The translations under genes were made by a program, and so were the position numbers. A DNA stretch of 44,175 nt from IMG/VR virus record IMGVR_UViG_3300045988_062919; one strand, 5' to 3'. The notes below the pieces were generated by a model. That model was given only the letters and a program-made list of their open reading frames with translations, ran no database searches and was not told where the DNA came from. Below, in pieces: positions 8,966 to 16,047 of this stretch. The stretch is from a virus. Position 1 is the first letter of the stretch. Every line of letters begins with the position of its first letter.

Positions 8966-9289
8966 ATGAAGATTATCATTCTCGGTGTTCCTTACACTGT
9001 TCTGTATAAATCACCTATAGAAGACAAGTTTCTCCGAGAGTGTGACGGTTATTGCGATAAAAGCTCCCATAAAATCGTAATCAATACCGAAAATGGAGAC
9101 CTTGATGATTTTCCTCGGTATCAGAAACAATGCTTACGGCATGAAATTATTCACGCATTTATGTTCGAGTCAGGCTTGGGTGCGAATTGAGAACATAAAC
9201 CCATCGGACATGAGGAGACAACGATAGACTGGATTGCCGCTCAGTTCCCAAAGCTCCTCGAAGTTTTTGAGAAAGTAGGTGCTTTATGA
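8966..9289 (+). CDS. Small HExxH (metallopeptidase-like) protein interrupted by an in-frame TGA at 9188..9190
   Basis: HEIIHAF motif. After the TGA the same frame continues for 32 codons (EHKPIGHEETTIDWIAAQFPKLLEVFEKVGAL) to a TGA at 9287, which overlaps the next start (ATGA). Confidence 0.5.
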
Positions 9290-9447
9290 TGGACAAAAGC
9301 AATAAAATCTGTCCTCTATTCTACATTTGTCCCGAGTGCAATACTCTTGAGTCGTGTCTGTGCCGCAAAGAGGATTGCGCATGGTGGGTCGAGGATAAAC
9401 AGAAATGCGCTATTGCAGTAGGAGGTGAACGCAGTCGTGGCAAGTGA
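9286..9447 (+). CDS. Small Cys-rich protein (53 aa)
   Basis: CPLFYICPECNTLESCLCRKEDCAWW. It fills the gap before the primase gene. Confidence 0.4.
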   Translation: MMDKSNKICPLFYICPECNTLESCLCRKEDCAWWVEDKQKCAIAVGGERSRGK

Positions 9448-10960
9448 TAGAGAGCTTTTTGAACTCCGAAACGGAAGGGTCATTATGGACGAAGACCTAT
9501 CCGAAAAAATGTATATCATCAAGTCATATCACCCTGAGAAAGCCGATGAAACCAGTTCCGGGTTTGAATGGTCGGAAATGGGCATGGCAAACCTGTTTGG
9601 TATGCTCTACAACCGGGAAGCCCGATACTGCACAGAGCATAAGAGCTGGTACACCTACTTCGAGGGCGCATGGCGCAAAGACGAAGGGGCGATCCTTGTC
9701 TCTGAGAAAATCAAGGACTTTGTGCGGCTGATGATTCTCTACTGCGGGGAGATCGTGGATGATGAAATCCGAAAAGCCTACACCTCTTTTGTGAACAAAA
9801 TGGGTGACAGGCGCATGAGGGACAGAATACTCAAAGACGCTACAGGCGAGCTTCGTATCTCTGCCACTGAGTTTGACGCTGACCCATACCTTATAAACTG
9901 TCTGAACGGCACCTACTCCCTCCGGGATTTTTCTTTTCGGGAAGCTAAGTGGGATGATTTTCTCACCATGCAGACCAACTTCCGTCACACCGTCCGCAGA
10001 GACATCAAGTGCGACCGATGGGAACTGTTCATTGACGAGGTTACACAGGGCGATAAGGACAAGGCTGACTTCCTGCAACGCTCTCTCGGCTACTCTATCC
10101 TCGGCATGAGCAACGAGGAGTGTATGTTTATCCTGCATGGTAAAACGACCCGCAACGGAAAATCCACACTGCTCAACACGATTGAAACCATGCTTGGTGA
10201 TTACGCCAAGGTTGCACCTGTCGGTATGATCTGCCGGGGAGACAGGCAGAAGGACGCAGAAGCGGCTTCCCCTACCCTTGCTGGTCTAAAAGGCAAGCGG
10301 TTTGTTACCATGTCGGAAAGCAATGAGTACGGTAAACTGGACGAGGAGAAAATCAAGCAGTTTACAGGCGGTGAAGAAATCTCAGCTCGTGCGCTGTACC
10401 AGTCTGCGATTACTTTCAAGCCGCAATTCACGCTCTGGCTCTCCTGTAACGACCTGCCGATGGTAACAGACAAGAGCCTGTTCGCTTCCGAGCGTATCAA
10501 AGTGATTGAGTTCAACCGGCACTTCTCCCCCGCCGAACAGGACACGCACCTCAAAGACGAGCTGACTTCTCAGGAAGCCATGAGCGGCATTTTCATGTGG
10601 CTCGTGCGTGGGTACATCAAGTACAAAGAGAATGGTCTCACCATGTCAGAGCCGCTGAGGTCTGTTGTGGCGGAGTATGAGCGGGATAATGACCTTGTAC
10701 TCCAATTCCTCGAAAACCGCTGTGTGCGTGTGCCAGAGGACGAGCACAACCCGCTTGGGGAGAAGAACAAGCGCACGATAATTAAGGCCAAAGATCTCTA
10801 TCTGGCTTTCAAGATGTGGGCGAAATCTGAGGGTGCTTATGTGCTCTCTGCAAGAAAATTCAACTCTGAAATGGAGCGTCACCCCGAATGGTTTGACCGC
10901 AAATCGACTTCCAGCGGGTTCGTGATCTATTGGGGGTTGAAGCTCAAGGAGGTCGTGTGA
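9437..10960 (+). CDS. Phage/plasmid primase-helicase, P4/D5 family (SF3 NTPase). Start uncertain (9425, 9437 or 9485).
   Basis: D5_N-like region (DADPYLINCLNGTY), Walker A GKTTRNGKST, and FVTMSE.. / ..GGEEISARALY...FKPQFTLWLSCNDLP, typical of the primase C-terminal (P4) family. Confidence 0.8.
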   Translation: MASDRELFELRNGRVIMDEDLSEKMYIIKSYHPEKADETSSGFEWSEMGMANLFGMLYNREARYCTEHKSWYTYFEGAWRKDEGAILVSEKIKDFVRLMILYCGEIVDDEIRKAYTSFVNKMGDRRMRDRILKDATGELRISATEFDADPYLINCLNGTYSLRDFSFREAKWDDFLTMQTNFRHTVRRDIKCDRWELFIDEVTQGDKDKADFLQRSLGYSILGMSNEECMFILHGKTTRNGKSTLLNTIETMLGDYAKVAPVGMICRGDRQKDAEAASPTLAGLKGKRFVTMSESNEYGKLDEEKIKQFTGGEEISARALYQSAITFKPQFTLWLSCNDLPMVTDKSLFASERIKVIEFNRHFSPAEQDTHLKDELTSQEAMSGIFMWLVRGYIKYKENGLTMSEPLRSVVAEYERDNDLVLQFLENRCVRVPEDEHNPLGEKNKRTIIKAKDLYLAFKMWAKSEGAYVLSARKFNSEMERHPEWFDRKSTSSGFVIYWGLKLKEVV

Positions 10961-11289
10961 TGATTTCTCTCGGAAATTACTATCACTTTGCCGCAAGTGA
11001 AATCGAGTGTGTAGAGGTTTCTACTGTCAAAGCCGAATACCCCTATCGTATCACTGTCTATCTCAAAAGCGGTGCTTCTCGTTCTGTAAATTACAAGAAC
11101 GAGCAGAATCGCAACTCTGCGAGAGATAATCTCATTCGACAGATTGAGCATGAACGCAAGGCTGACTATGAACGCCTATACAATGCAGTAAGTCTTCTTA
11201 GTTATAATGTGAAAACCATCAATGGTAGACAGCTTCGCATTTGGAGACAGCTTCGAGACTTGCTGGGTGTCAAGATTACGGAGGAATAG
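10960..11289 (+). CDS. Hypothetical protein
   Basis: GGAGG RBS and ATGA-type overlap. The gene ends in TAG. Confidence 0.55.
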   Translation: MISLGNYYHFAASEIECVEVSTVKAEYPYRITVYLKSGASRSVNYKNEQNRNSARDNLIRQIEHERKADYERLYNAVSLLSYNVKTINGRQLRIWRQLRDLLGVKITEE

Positions 11290-11291
11290 AC

Positions 11292-11462
11292 ATGAAAGTA
11301 ACCAAATGCACTGGTGAGGGTTAAGGCTCTTGCAAAAGGTGTTCGGATAAAGGCAAATGGAACAGAATGTGGTGTTGTTTTCTATACAAAATAGATGGTT
11401 ACGAGGGGTGTTATTGCGCCGATTGTGTGAAAGAGATTGAAAAGGAAGGACAAAATGAATGA
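11292..11462 (+). CDS. Small Cys-rich protein interrupted by an in-frame TAA at 11322..11324
   Basis: MKVTKCTGEG-TAA-GSCKRCSDKGKWNRMWCCFLYKIDGYEGCYCADCVKEIEKEGQNE. The Cys-rich pattern continues across the stop in a single frame. Confidence 0.4.
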
Positions 11463-11598
11463 ACTTTTGGGACTGATCGCAGACATCAATCCAACTGAAA
11501 TTGCGGCACATATCGCAGACGGAAATCTCGCTGAATGGTGTGAGATTTGGCGGCAGGTAACGACTGTTGCGGCTGAGAACCTCAAACAATCCGAATAG
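11455..11598 (+). CDS. Small hypothetical protein (47 aa)
   Basis: AAGGAAGGA upstream of the start. ATGAATGA overlap with the preceding ORF. Confidence 0.35.
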   Translation: MNELLGLIADINPTEIAAHIADGNLAEWCEIWRQVTTVAAENLKQSE

Positions 11599-11678
11599 GA
11601 TTGAAAAATAATCAAAAACGACATTTGGAAAGTAGTCTGGAATGGATTGTAATTTGTCTTTTTGAGAGGTTATAGATG

Positions 11679-11784
11679 AAGTAGTTAAAGTAGTTCAAAT
11701 CTTGAATTTGCGTAAAAGTCCTCTATAAGGGGGTCTATATAGTAAAAGTTTACGCAAAAACCGATTTTTAACTACTTCAACTAC
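11679..11784. repeat. Nested-palindrome element, copy A (outer inverted repeat AAGTAGTTAAAGTAGTT / AACTACTTCAACTAC; inner inverted repeat TTTGCGTAAA / TTTACGCAAA)
   Basis: Read directly. Homologous to the copies at 16038..16146 and 38552..38687. Confidence 0.85.
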
Positions 11785-11854
11785 GCAATAAGAACAAGAA
11801 GAAAGAGGACTCTTTTGGCTCGAAAAGAGGACTCTCAGAGGAGGTAAAACGACT

Positions 11855-12457
11855 ATGGCAGTGAAGAAAAACCCCGATGGTGAGAACAAGCCGCAGGTGA
11901 TTAAGAAGAAGCCGAGGGGCGGTAACTCCCCTGTGATTGGTATGAATGGGTACGATTTGGAGCCGGGTGACAATACGAAGTATCTGCAAGACTCCATGTA
12001 CCTGATGAACTTGCCTGACATTGATTTACATGATGTAGAGCAAGTGACAAATCGACTGAATGAGTATTTTGAGTTCATGGCTTCCAGTGATATGAAACCT
12101 ACGGTTTCTGGTATGGCATTGGCGTTGAACGGTATGAGCAGACGGACTTTGATTGCCATTGTGAACGACTATGCCACTGGTGGGTCTGGATATAAGACTG
12201 CGTTGCCGCAGGAAGTAGCACTCGTAATAAAAAAAGCTCATAGAGTTATGGAGGTTCTTTGGGAGAATTACTCGCAAAACGGCAAGATCAATCCCGTCAT
12301 GGGTATCTTCCTCGGCAAGAACAACTATGGCTATCAGGACAAGACCGAATATGTTGTCACTCCGAATGTTCAGCAGGACAACGACTATGACCCCGACTCT
12401 ATCAGACAGCGATACCTTATCGACTCTGAAAGCGACTCCGACTCTGAAAGCGACTAA
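11855..12457 (+). CDS. terS: Terminase small subunit
   Basis: It sits at the head of the packaging/morphogenesis block. KPTVSGMALALNGMSRRTL resembles the TerS HTH region. Acidic SESDSDSESD tail. Confidence 0.6.
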   Translation: MAVKKNPDGENKPQVIKKKPRGGNSPVIGMNGYDLEPGDNTKYLQDSMYLMNLPDIDLHDVEQVTNRLNEYFEFMASSDMKPTVSGMALALNGMSRRTLIAIVNDYATGGSGYKTALPQEVALVIKKAHRVMEVLWENYSQNGKINPVMGIFLGKNNYGYQDKTEYVVTPNVQQDNDYDPDSIRQRYLIDSESDSDSESD

Positions 12458-12472
12458 CGACTATCGACTATG

Positions 12473-12525
12473 AAACCGCCGCTCGTATTCTCTGGTTTCC
12501 ACCGGGGAAAAGCGGCGGTTTTTCT
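12473..12525 (+). terminator. Hairpin plus T-run after terS
   Basis: ACCGCCGCT (12475..12483) pairs with AGCGGCGGT (12511..12519) and is followed by TTTTT. The loop is large (27 nt). Confidence 0.5.
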
Positions 12526-12653
12526 ATTGGGGGCAGATCGTCCCCCGGTGGAGGTGGAGCCGGTGGAGCGTTGGCGGGTTTTTGGTTTTTCCCTATATAA
12601 TGTATAAGAGATAATGAACAATCCGAAAAAGATAAAATTTTTCTGAAAACCTC

Positions 12654-12682
12654 TTGACAATTCGGAAAAGCTGAATTATACT
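12654..12682 (+). promoter_or_regulatory. Sigma-70-type promoter of the accessory island (TTGACA, 17 nt spacer, TATACT)
   Basis: TTGACAATTCGGAAAAG closely resembles the -35 region of the promoter at 40747. Confidence 0.55.
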
Positions 12683-12737
12683 ATAATCGTAACAGGACAG
12701 CAAACAATCCGAATGAGATTATATGGAGGTTTTCAAA

Positions 12738-12968
12738 ATGAGAAAATACGAATTGACCCCGGCAGACGGTAGAAAAAGCTTTTACGGGAAAGCGGTTGTA
12801 ATTGTGGAGGACAACGGGACAGAAACGCTATACAGTTACGAGACGCCCATTATTAAAAGGCTTGTTTCCGGGGAATTAGTCAAGCTGTGGAACGATTGGA
12901 CAGCAACGACAGGCCGACGCATTAAAGCATTTTGCGGATTAAGCAAAGCGGAATATATGAGCTTGTAA
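12738..12968 (+). CDS. Hypothetical protein (accessory island)
   Basis: GGAGG at 12725..12729 lies 8 nt upstream of ATG 12738. Confidence 0.55.
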   Translation: MRKYELTPADGRKSFYGKAVVIVEDNGTETLYSYETPIIKRLVSGELVKLWNDWTATTGRRIKAFCGLSKAEYMSL

Positions 12969-12984
12969 GAGGAGGTAAAAGACA

Positions 12985-13305
12985 ATGAAAGTTAAAACCA
13001 CGAGAAAAGCCGTTATAAATGGTTCTGTAAATGTTCGTTCTGCGGGGTATTGTGATCTATGCTATTTGCTCAATAATCACTCCCCCATTGCTTACACCTG
13101 CGGTGTATATGGCTGGAATTTCGATGTTTACGAGGTGTACGGCGTGACAATCTGCACAGGGTATAGAAATATGCCGGGGGCAAGGCTTGAAGGCATTAGA
13201 GAATACAACGAAAAAGCGAAAGCTATTCTTTCATGGGAAAACAAAGCCCCGTATGAAAAAAGCGGGAACAAGTGGAAAAGCTGTTGCAAGAGTTTTGCAA
13301 GCTGA
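12985..13305 (+). CDS. Hypothetical protein. An alternative C-terminus in the -1 frame, reached through the A6 run at 13256..13261, would end at 13319.
   Basis: GGAGG RBS. The -1 frame after the A-run reads KKREQVEKLLQEFCKLNGGY and stops 2 nt before the next ATG. Confidence 0.55.
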   Translation: MKVKTTRKAVINGSVNVRSAGYCDLCYLLNNHSPIAYTCGVYGWNFDVYEVYGVTICTGYRNMPGARLEGIREYNEKAKAILSWENKAPYEKSGNKWKSCCKSFAS

Positions 13306-13321
13306 ACGGAGGTTATTAAAA

Positions 13322-13666
13322 ATGAGGGCTTACACCTTTACCGAAAACGGCTACACATTCAAGCGTATAAACAAAACACAAGCACGGCGGGCATATAATA
13401 ACGGGTTGCGCGTGGTGGTTTGTCCTGTCAATTTGCGCCCCGGTTACCCGTGGCACCCGGAAATAATCGTTTCTGGAAAGTCCGGGGTAACATTTGAGGA
13501 AATGTTAAACGCCTTTATTTTCTACAATATTCGAGATAATGAAACGAGCAAATATCCCGCCTATTATATCCCGGTTGAAACGGTGGACAGGTTCACCGGG
13601 AAAATGCCCACGGCGGGAACATTGGGAACGGTGGAGCAATACGCATATAGCTATATGGAGGGCTGA
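13322..13666 (+). CDS. Hypothetical protein (accessory island)
   Basis: GGAGG at 13308..13312 and ATG at 13322. Confidence 0.55.
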   Translation: MRAYTFTENGYTFKRINKTQARRAYNNGLRVVVCPVNLRPGYPWHPEIIVSGKSGVTFEEMLNAFIFYNIRDNETSKYPAYYIPVETVDRFTGKMPTAGTLGTVEQYAYSYMEG

Positions 13667-13669
13667 AAA

Positions 13670-14017
13670 ATGGCAAAATACATATTCAGAACAACGGCAA
13701 CAATGAAACCATACAATAATAAAAATTGGTGGATTGGTGGCGATATTATCCCGACAAAACACATTGAAGCGGATAGCGTGAAAGACGCTTTACAGGTTTT
13801 CCGGGAGATTGTGGACAATCAGCATTATATCAGTATTTCAGACAGGGCATTAAAGAACAAAAGCCCTATGTATAGAGATACTGAGGACGGGGACGCTTTA
13901 CAAGTCGGTTATGTTATCACCGGCAAAACGGAATTTCAACGGGATTCCGGGGAATGGGTTACACAATATATAGATTTGTGGGTTGAAATTATAACCACAG
14001 TCGCAACGATTTTTTAA
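13670..14017 (+). CDS. Hypothetical protein (accessory island)
   Basis: GGAGGG RBS and tight spacing. Confidence 0.55.
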   Translation: MAKYIFRTTATMKPYNNKNWWIGGDIIPTKHIEADSVKDALQVFREIVDNQHYISISDRALKNKSPMYRDTEDGDALQVGYVITGKTEFQRDSGEWVTQYIDLWVEIITTVATIF

Positions 14018-14029
14018 GGGGGGTTCATC

Positions 14030-14323
14030 ATGAGAAATTACAATCAGATTGCAACAGACAATCTAAACGCACTTATGAAAGAAATAGCGGAATATACCCG
14101 GATGGCTGAGGAGATCAGCGCAACGCTTGACGGGTTGACAGACAAACTAAAAAAGCATATGGAGGAAAACGGGCTTGAAAGTATCGCCGGGAATGAACAC
14201 AAGGCAAGCTATAAAGCCGTGACAAGTTCCCGAATTGATACAACGGCATTAAAGCGGGATATGCCCGATATAGCCGCAACATATACCAAAACGACAGTTA
14301 CAAAACGCTTTAGATTCGTGTAA
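14030..14323 (+). CDS. Hypothetical coiled-coil protein (accessory island)
   Basis: RBS-like GGGGGG upstream of the start. Confidence 0.5.
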   Translation: MRNYNQIATDNLNALMKEIAEYTRMAEEISATLDGLTDKLKKHMEENGLESIAGNEHKASYKAVTSSRIDTTALKRDMPDIAATYTKTTVTKRFRFV

Positions 14324-14338
14324 TAGGAGGGTTGAACA

Positions 14339-14539
14339 ATGTATAAAAGTGTTTATGATCTGTCCCCCGCCGAAATGGAAGAATTAAGACAATCGTATTT
14401 TTATCAGTTACAAAACGAAAGCCCGGAAATATTGCAAGGCATTACAGACCCCGAACAAATATCAGACGATATTATACAAGAACAGTATAGCGGCGTTTCT
14501 TTTGTGGATGATGATTTTTTCTGTAATATGAAGGGTTAA
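14339..14539 (+). CDS. Hypothetical acidic protein (accessory island)
   Basis: GGAGGG RBS. Confidence 0.5.
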   Translation: MYKSVYDLSPAEMEELRQSYFYQLQNESPEILQGITDPEQISDDIIQEQYSGVSFVDDDFFCNMKG

Positions 14540-14542
14540 AAA

Positions 14543-14611
14543 ATGGGGCTTGTGATTTTGCTTGTGTTTCCGTTTATGCTGATGGCTGAGATTCTGAAAA
14601 GAAATAAATAA
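14543..14611 (+). CDS. Possible 22-aa hydrophobic peptide
   Basis: MGLVILLVFPFMLMAEILKRNK, immediately before a terminator. No clear RBS. Confidence 0.25.
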   Translation: MGLVILLVFPFMLMAEILKRNK

Positions 14612-14619
14612 TACATATA

Positions 14620-14646
14620 CCCCGCCTATATTGGGCGGGGTTTTTC
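14620..14646 (+). terminator. Rho-independent terminator
   Basis: CCCCGCC-TATATTG-GGCGGGG followed by TTTTTCT. Confidence 0.8.
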
Positions 14647-14672
14647 TATGCCCTCTATAATCGGCCTGTATT

Positions 14673-14696
14673 GCCCTGTGGAGGGCTTTTTATTTT
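14673..14696 (+). terminator. Second tandem rho-independent terminator
   Basis: GCCCT-GTGG-AGGGC followed by TTTTTATTTT. Confidence 0.6.
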
Positions 14697-15135
14697 GGGG
14701 GTATTCCCTATATACCCGGCTATTATATGGGCTTGTATGGCTTGCTATGGGCTTATATGCAAGGGCTTTATATAATGGGCTTTATATTGTGAGCGTTGCG
14801 TTATTGCGCGGGCTTGTTATGTTGTGCGCTTGTGTTCTTGCGTTTCTCTGTTATGTTCTTGTGTTATGGGCTTGTGTGTTGTGTTCTTGTGTGCGCTATG
14901 GGATAATATAGCGGCTTGCGCTGTCCTGCATTGTGGGCGGTTTGTTTGGTGTCGTTGGGGTGTCCTCTATTGGGTATTATGATAATACTATTTTTAGAGT
15001 TGTGTTTTTCTGTTTTGATAGTGCTATCAAGTGGGCGGGGGTTCAATGATAGCGGAGCGAATAGCCCCGGAGGGCATACCCCCGGAGGGGGACAGCGACC
15101 CGCCGCACGAGCCGCAGGGAGTGGCTTGAGTAGCC
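14697..15135 (+). other. Non-coding, strongly G+T-skewed degenerate-repeat region followed by a GC-rich structured segment
   Basis: No RBS-preceded ORF. Contains repeated TATGGGCTT-like and TGTTCTTG-like units and palindromes at 14974..14988 and 15015..15030. Confidence 0.6.
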
Positions 15136-15183
15136 GAAAAATCGAAAAAGAAACAAAAAGGATATAAAGTTATCTTATAAGTA

Positions 15184-15213
15184 TTGACAACACACTCTGT
15201 TATATGATAATAT
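15184..15213 (+). promoter_or_regulatory. Sigma-70-type promoter (TTGACA with an extended -10, TGaTAATAT) for the Xre/recombinase operon
   Basis: TTGACA at 15184..15189 and TG at 15205..15206 preceding TAATAT. Confidence 0.55.
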
Positions 15214-15243
15214 TATCTCACAAAGACAAAGGAGGAATTTCCA

Positions 15244-15459
15244 ATGGCAGTTTTGAACGATATTGAAATTGATGTGAAGACCCTGTGCGTGCAGAACCGC
15301 ACCACTCAGGAGCAAATCGCAAAGGCTGTTGGCACAACGGGTCAGTATGTCAACCGGGTCATTCACAAAGAGGACGGTCTTATCAATCGCACTTTCATCA
15401 ACATCATGGAAGCTCTTGGTTACGACATCAAACTGACTTATGTTCCACGAGAACCGTAA
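15244..15459 (+). CDS. Xre-family helix-turn-helix DNA-binding protein
   Basis: TQEQIAKAVGTTGQYVNRVIH HTH pattern. GGAGG RBS. Confidence 0.7.
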   Translation: MAVLNDIEIDVKTLCVQNRTTQEQIAKAVGTTGQYVNRVIHKEDGLINRTFINIMEALGYDIKLTYVPREP

Positions 15460-15474
15460 TAGGAGGTGAACCAC

Positions 15475-16047
15475 ATGAAAGTGGGTTATGTGCGGGTGAG
15501 CACCGTTGAGCAAAACCTTGCTCGGCAGTTGGAGCTGATGAAGACCCTCGGTGTGGAGAAAATCTACTGTGACAAAATGAGTGGGAAAAACACAGAGCGT
15601 ACCGAGTTTAAGGAAATGATGGAGTTTCTGCGAGAGGGTGACACCCTGTATGTGGAGTCCTTCTCCCGGCTTTCCAGAAGCACCCTCGATTTCTTAAACA
15701 CTGTGAGCAGGTTACAGGCCAAGAGTGTGAATCTTGTGTCCGACAAGGAAAAGATGGATATGTCCACTCCGCAAGGTAAGTTTATGGTGACGGTGTTTGC
15801 CGCACTCTCCGAGCTGGAACGAACCAGTATGCTCGAGAGACAGCGGGAGGGTATCGAGATTGCCAAGGCCGAGGGGAAATACAAAGGGCGAAAACCCATT
15901 CCCGCCAACGAAAAGTTCTTTGCGGTGGCAAACGCTTGGGCGGGAGGTAAGATTGCTCTCAAAGACGCAATCCGGGAGTCTGGTATGTCCTCCTCCACTT
16001 TCTTTCGCAAATGCAAGCAGTTTGAAATCAGCAAAAGAAGTAGTTAA
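15475..16047 (+). CDS. Small serine recombinase (resolvase/invertase, Hin/Gin-like) with a C-terminal HTH
   Basis: MKVGYVRVSTVEQN (catalytic Ser motif), LYVESFSRLSRS, ALSELERTSMLERQREG, about 190 aa. AGGAGG lies 8 nt upstream of the start. Confidence 0.85.
   Translation: MKVGYVRVSTVEQNLARQLELMKTLGVEKIYCDKMSGKNTERTEFKEMMEFLREGDTLYVESFSRLSRSTLDFLNTVSRLQAKSVNLVSDKEKMDMSTPQGKFMVTVFAALSELERTSMLERQREGIEIAKAEGKYKGRKPIPANEKFFAVANAWAGGKIALKDAIRESGMSSSTFFRKCKQFEISKRSS

Noticed and set aside
3315-11324. Genome-wide stop-codon reassignment (TAG, TGA or TAA recoded) as the explanation for the three in-frame stops
   Set aside because: Each of the three stop codons also terminates several tightly delimited genes that are followed by an RBS and a start. 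One in-frame example of each type cannot be explained by a single reassignment. I found no suppressor tRNA or any other tRNA gene in the window.
11810-11835. Hairpin CTCTTTT-GGCTCG-AAAAGAG and direct repeat AAGAGGACTCT x2 in the terS 5' UTR as a pac site or regulatory element
   Set aside because: The stem is short (7 bp) with no T-run, and nothing in the sequence alone links it to packaging. I note it without making a claim.
12454-12660. Minus-strand ORF in the terS-island intergenic region
   Set aside because: It overlaps a terminator hairpin and promoter elements, is low in complexity, and has no RBS.
14648-15167. Track ORFs 14648..14911 and 14916..15167 as membrane-protein genes
   Set aside because: The first starts within the T-run of a terminator and has no RBS. 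The hydrophobic translation is a by-product of the extreme G+T composition and of the degenerate DNA repeats. I treat this region as non-coding.
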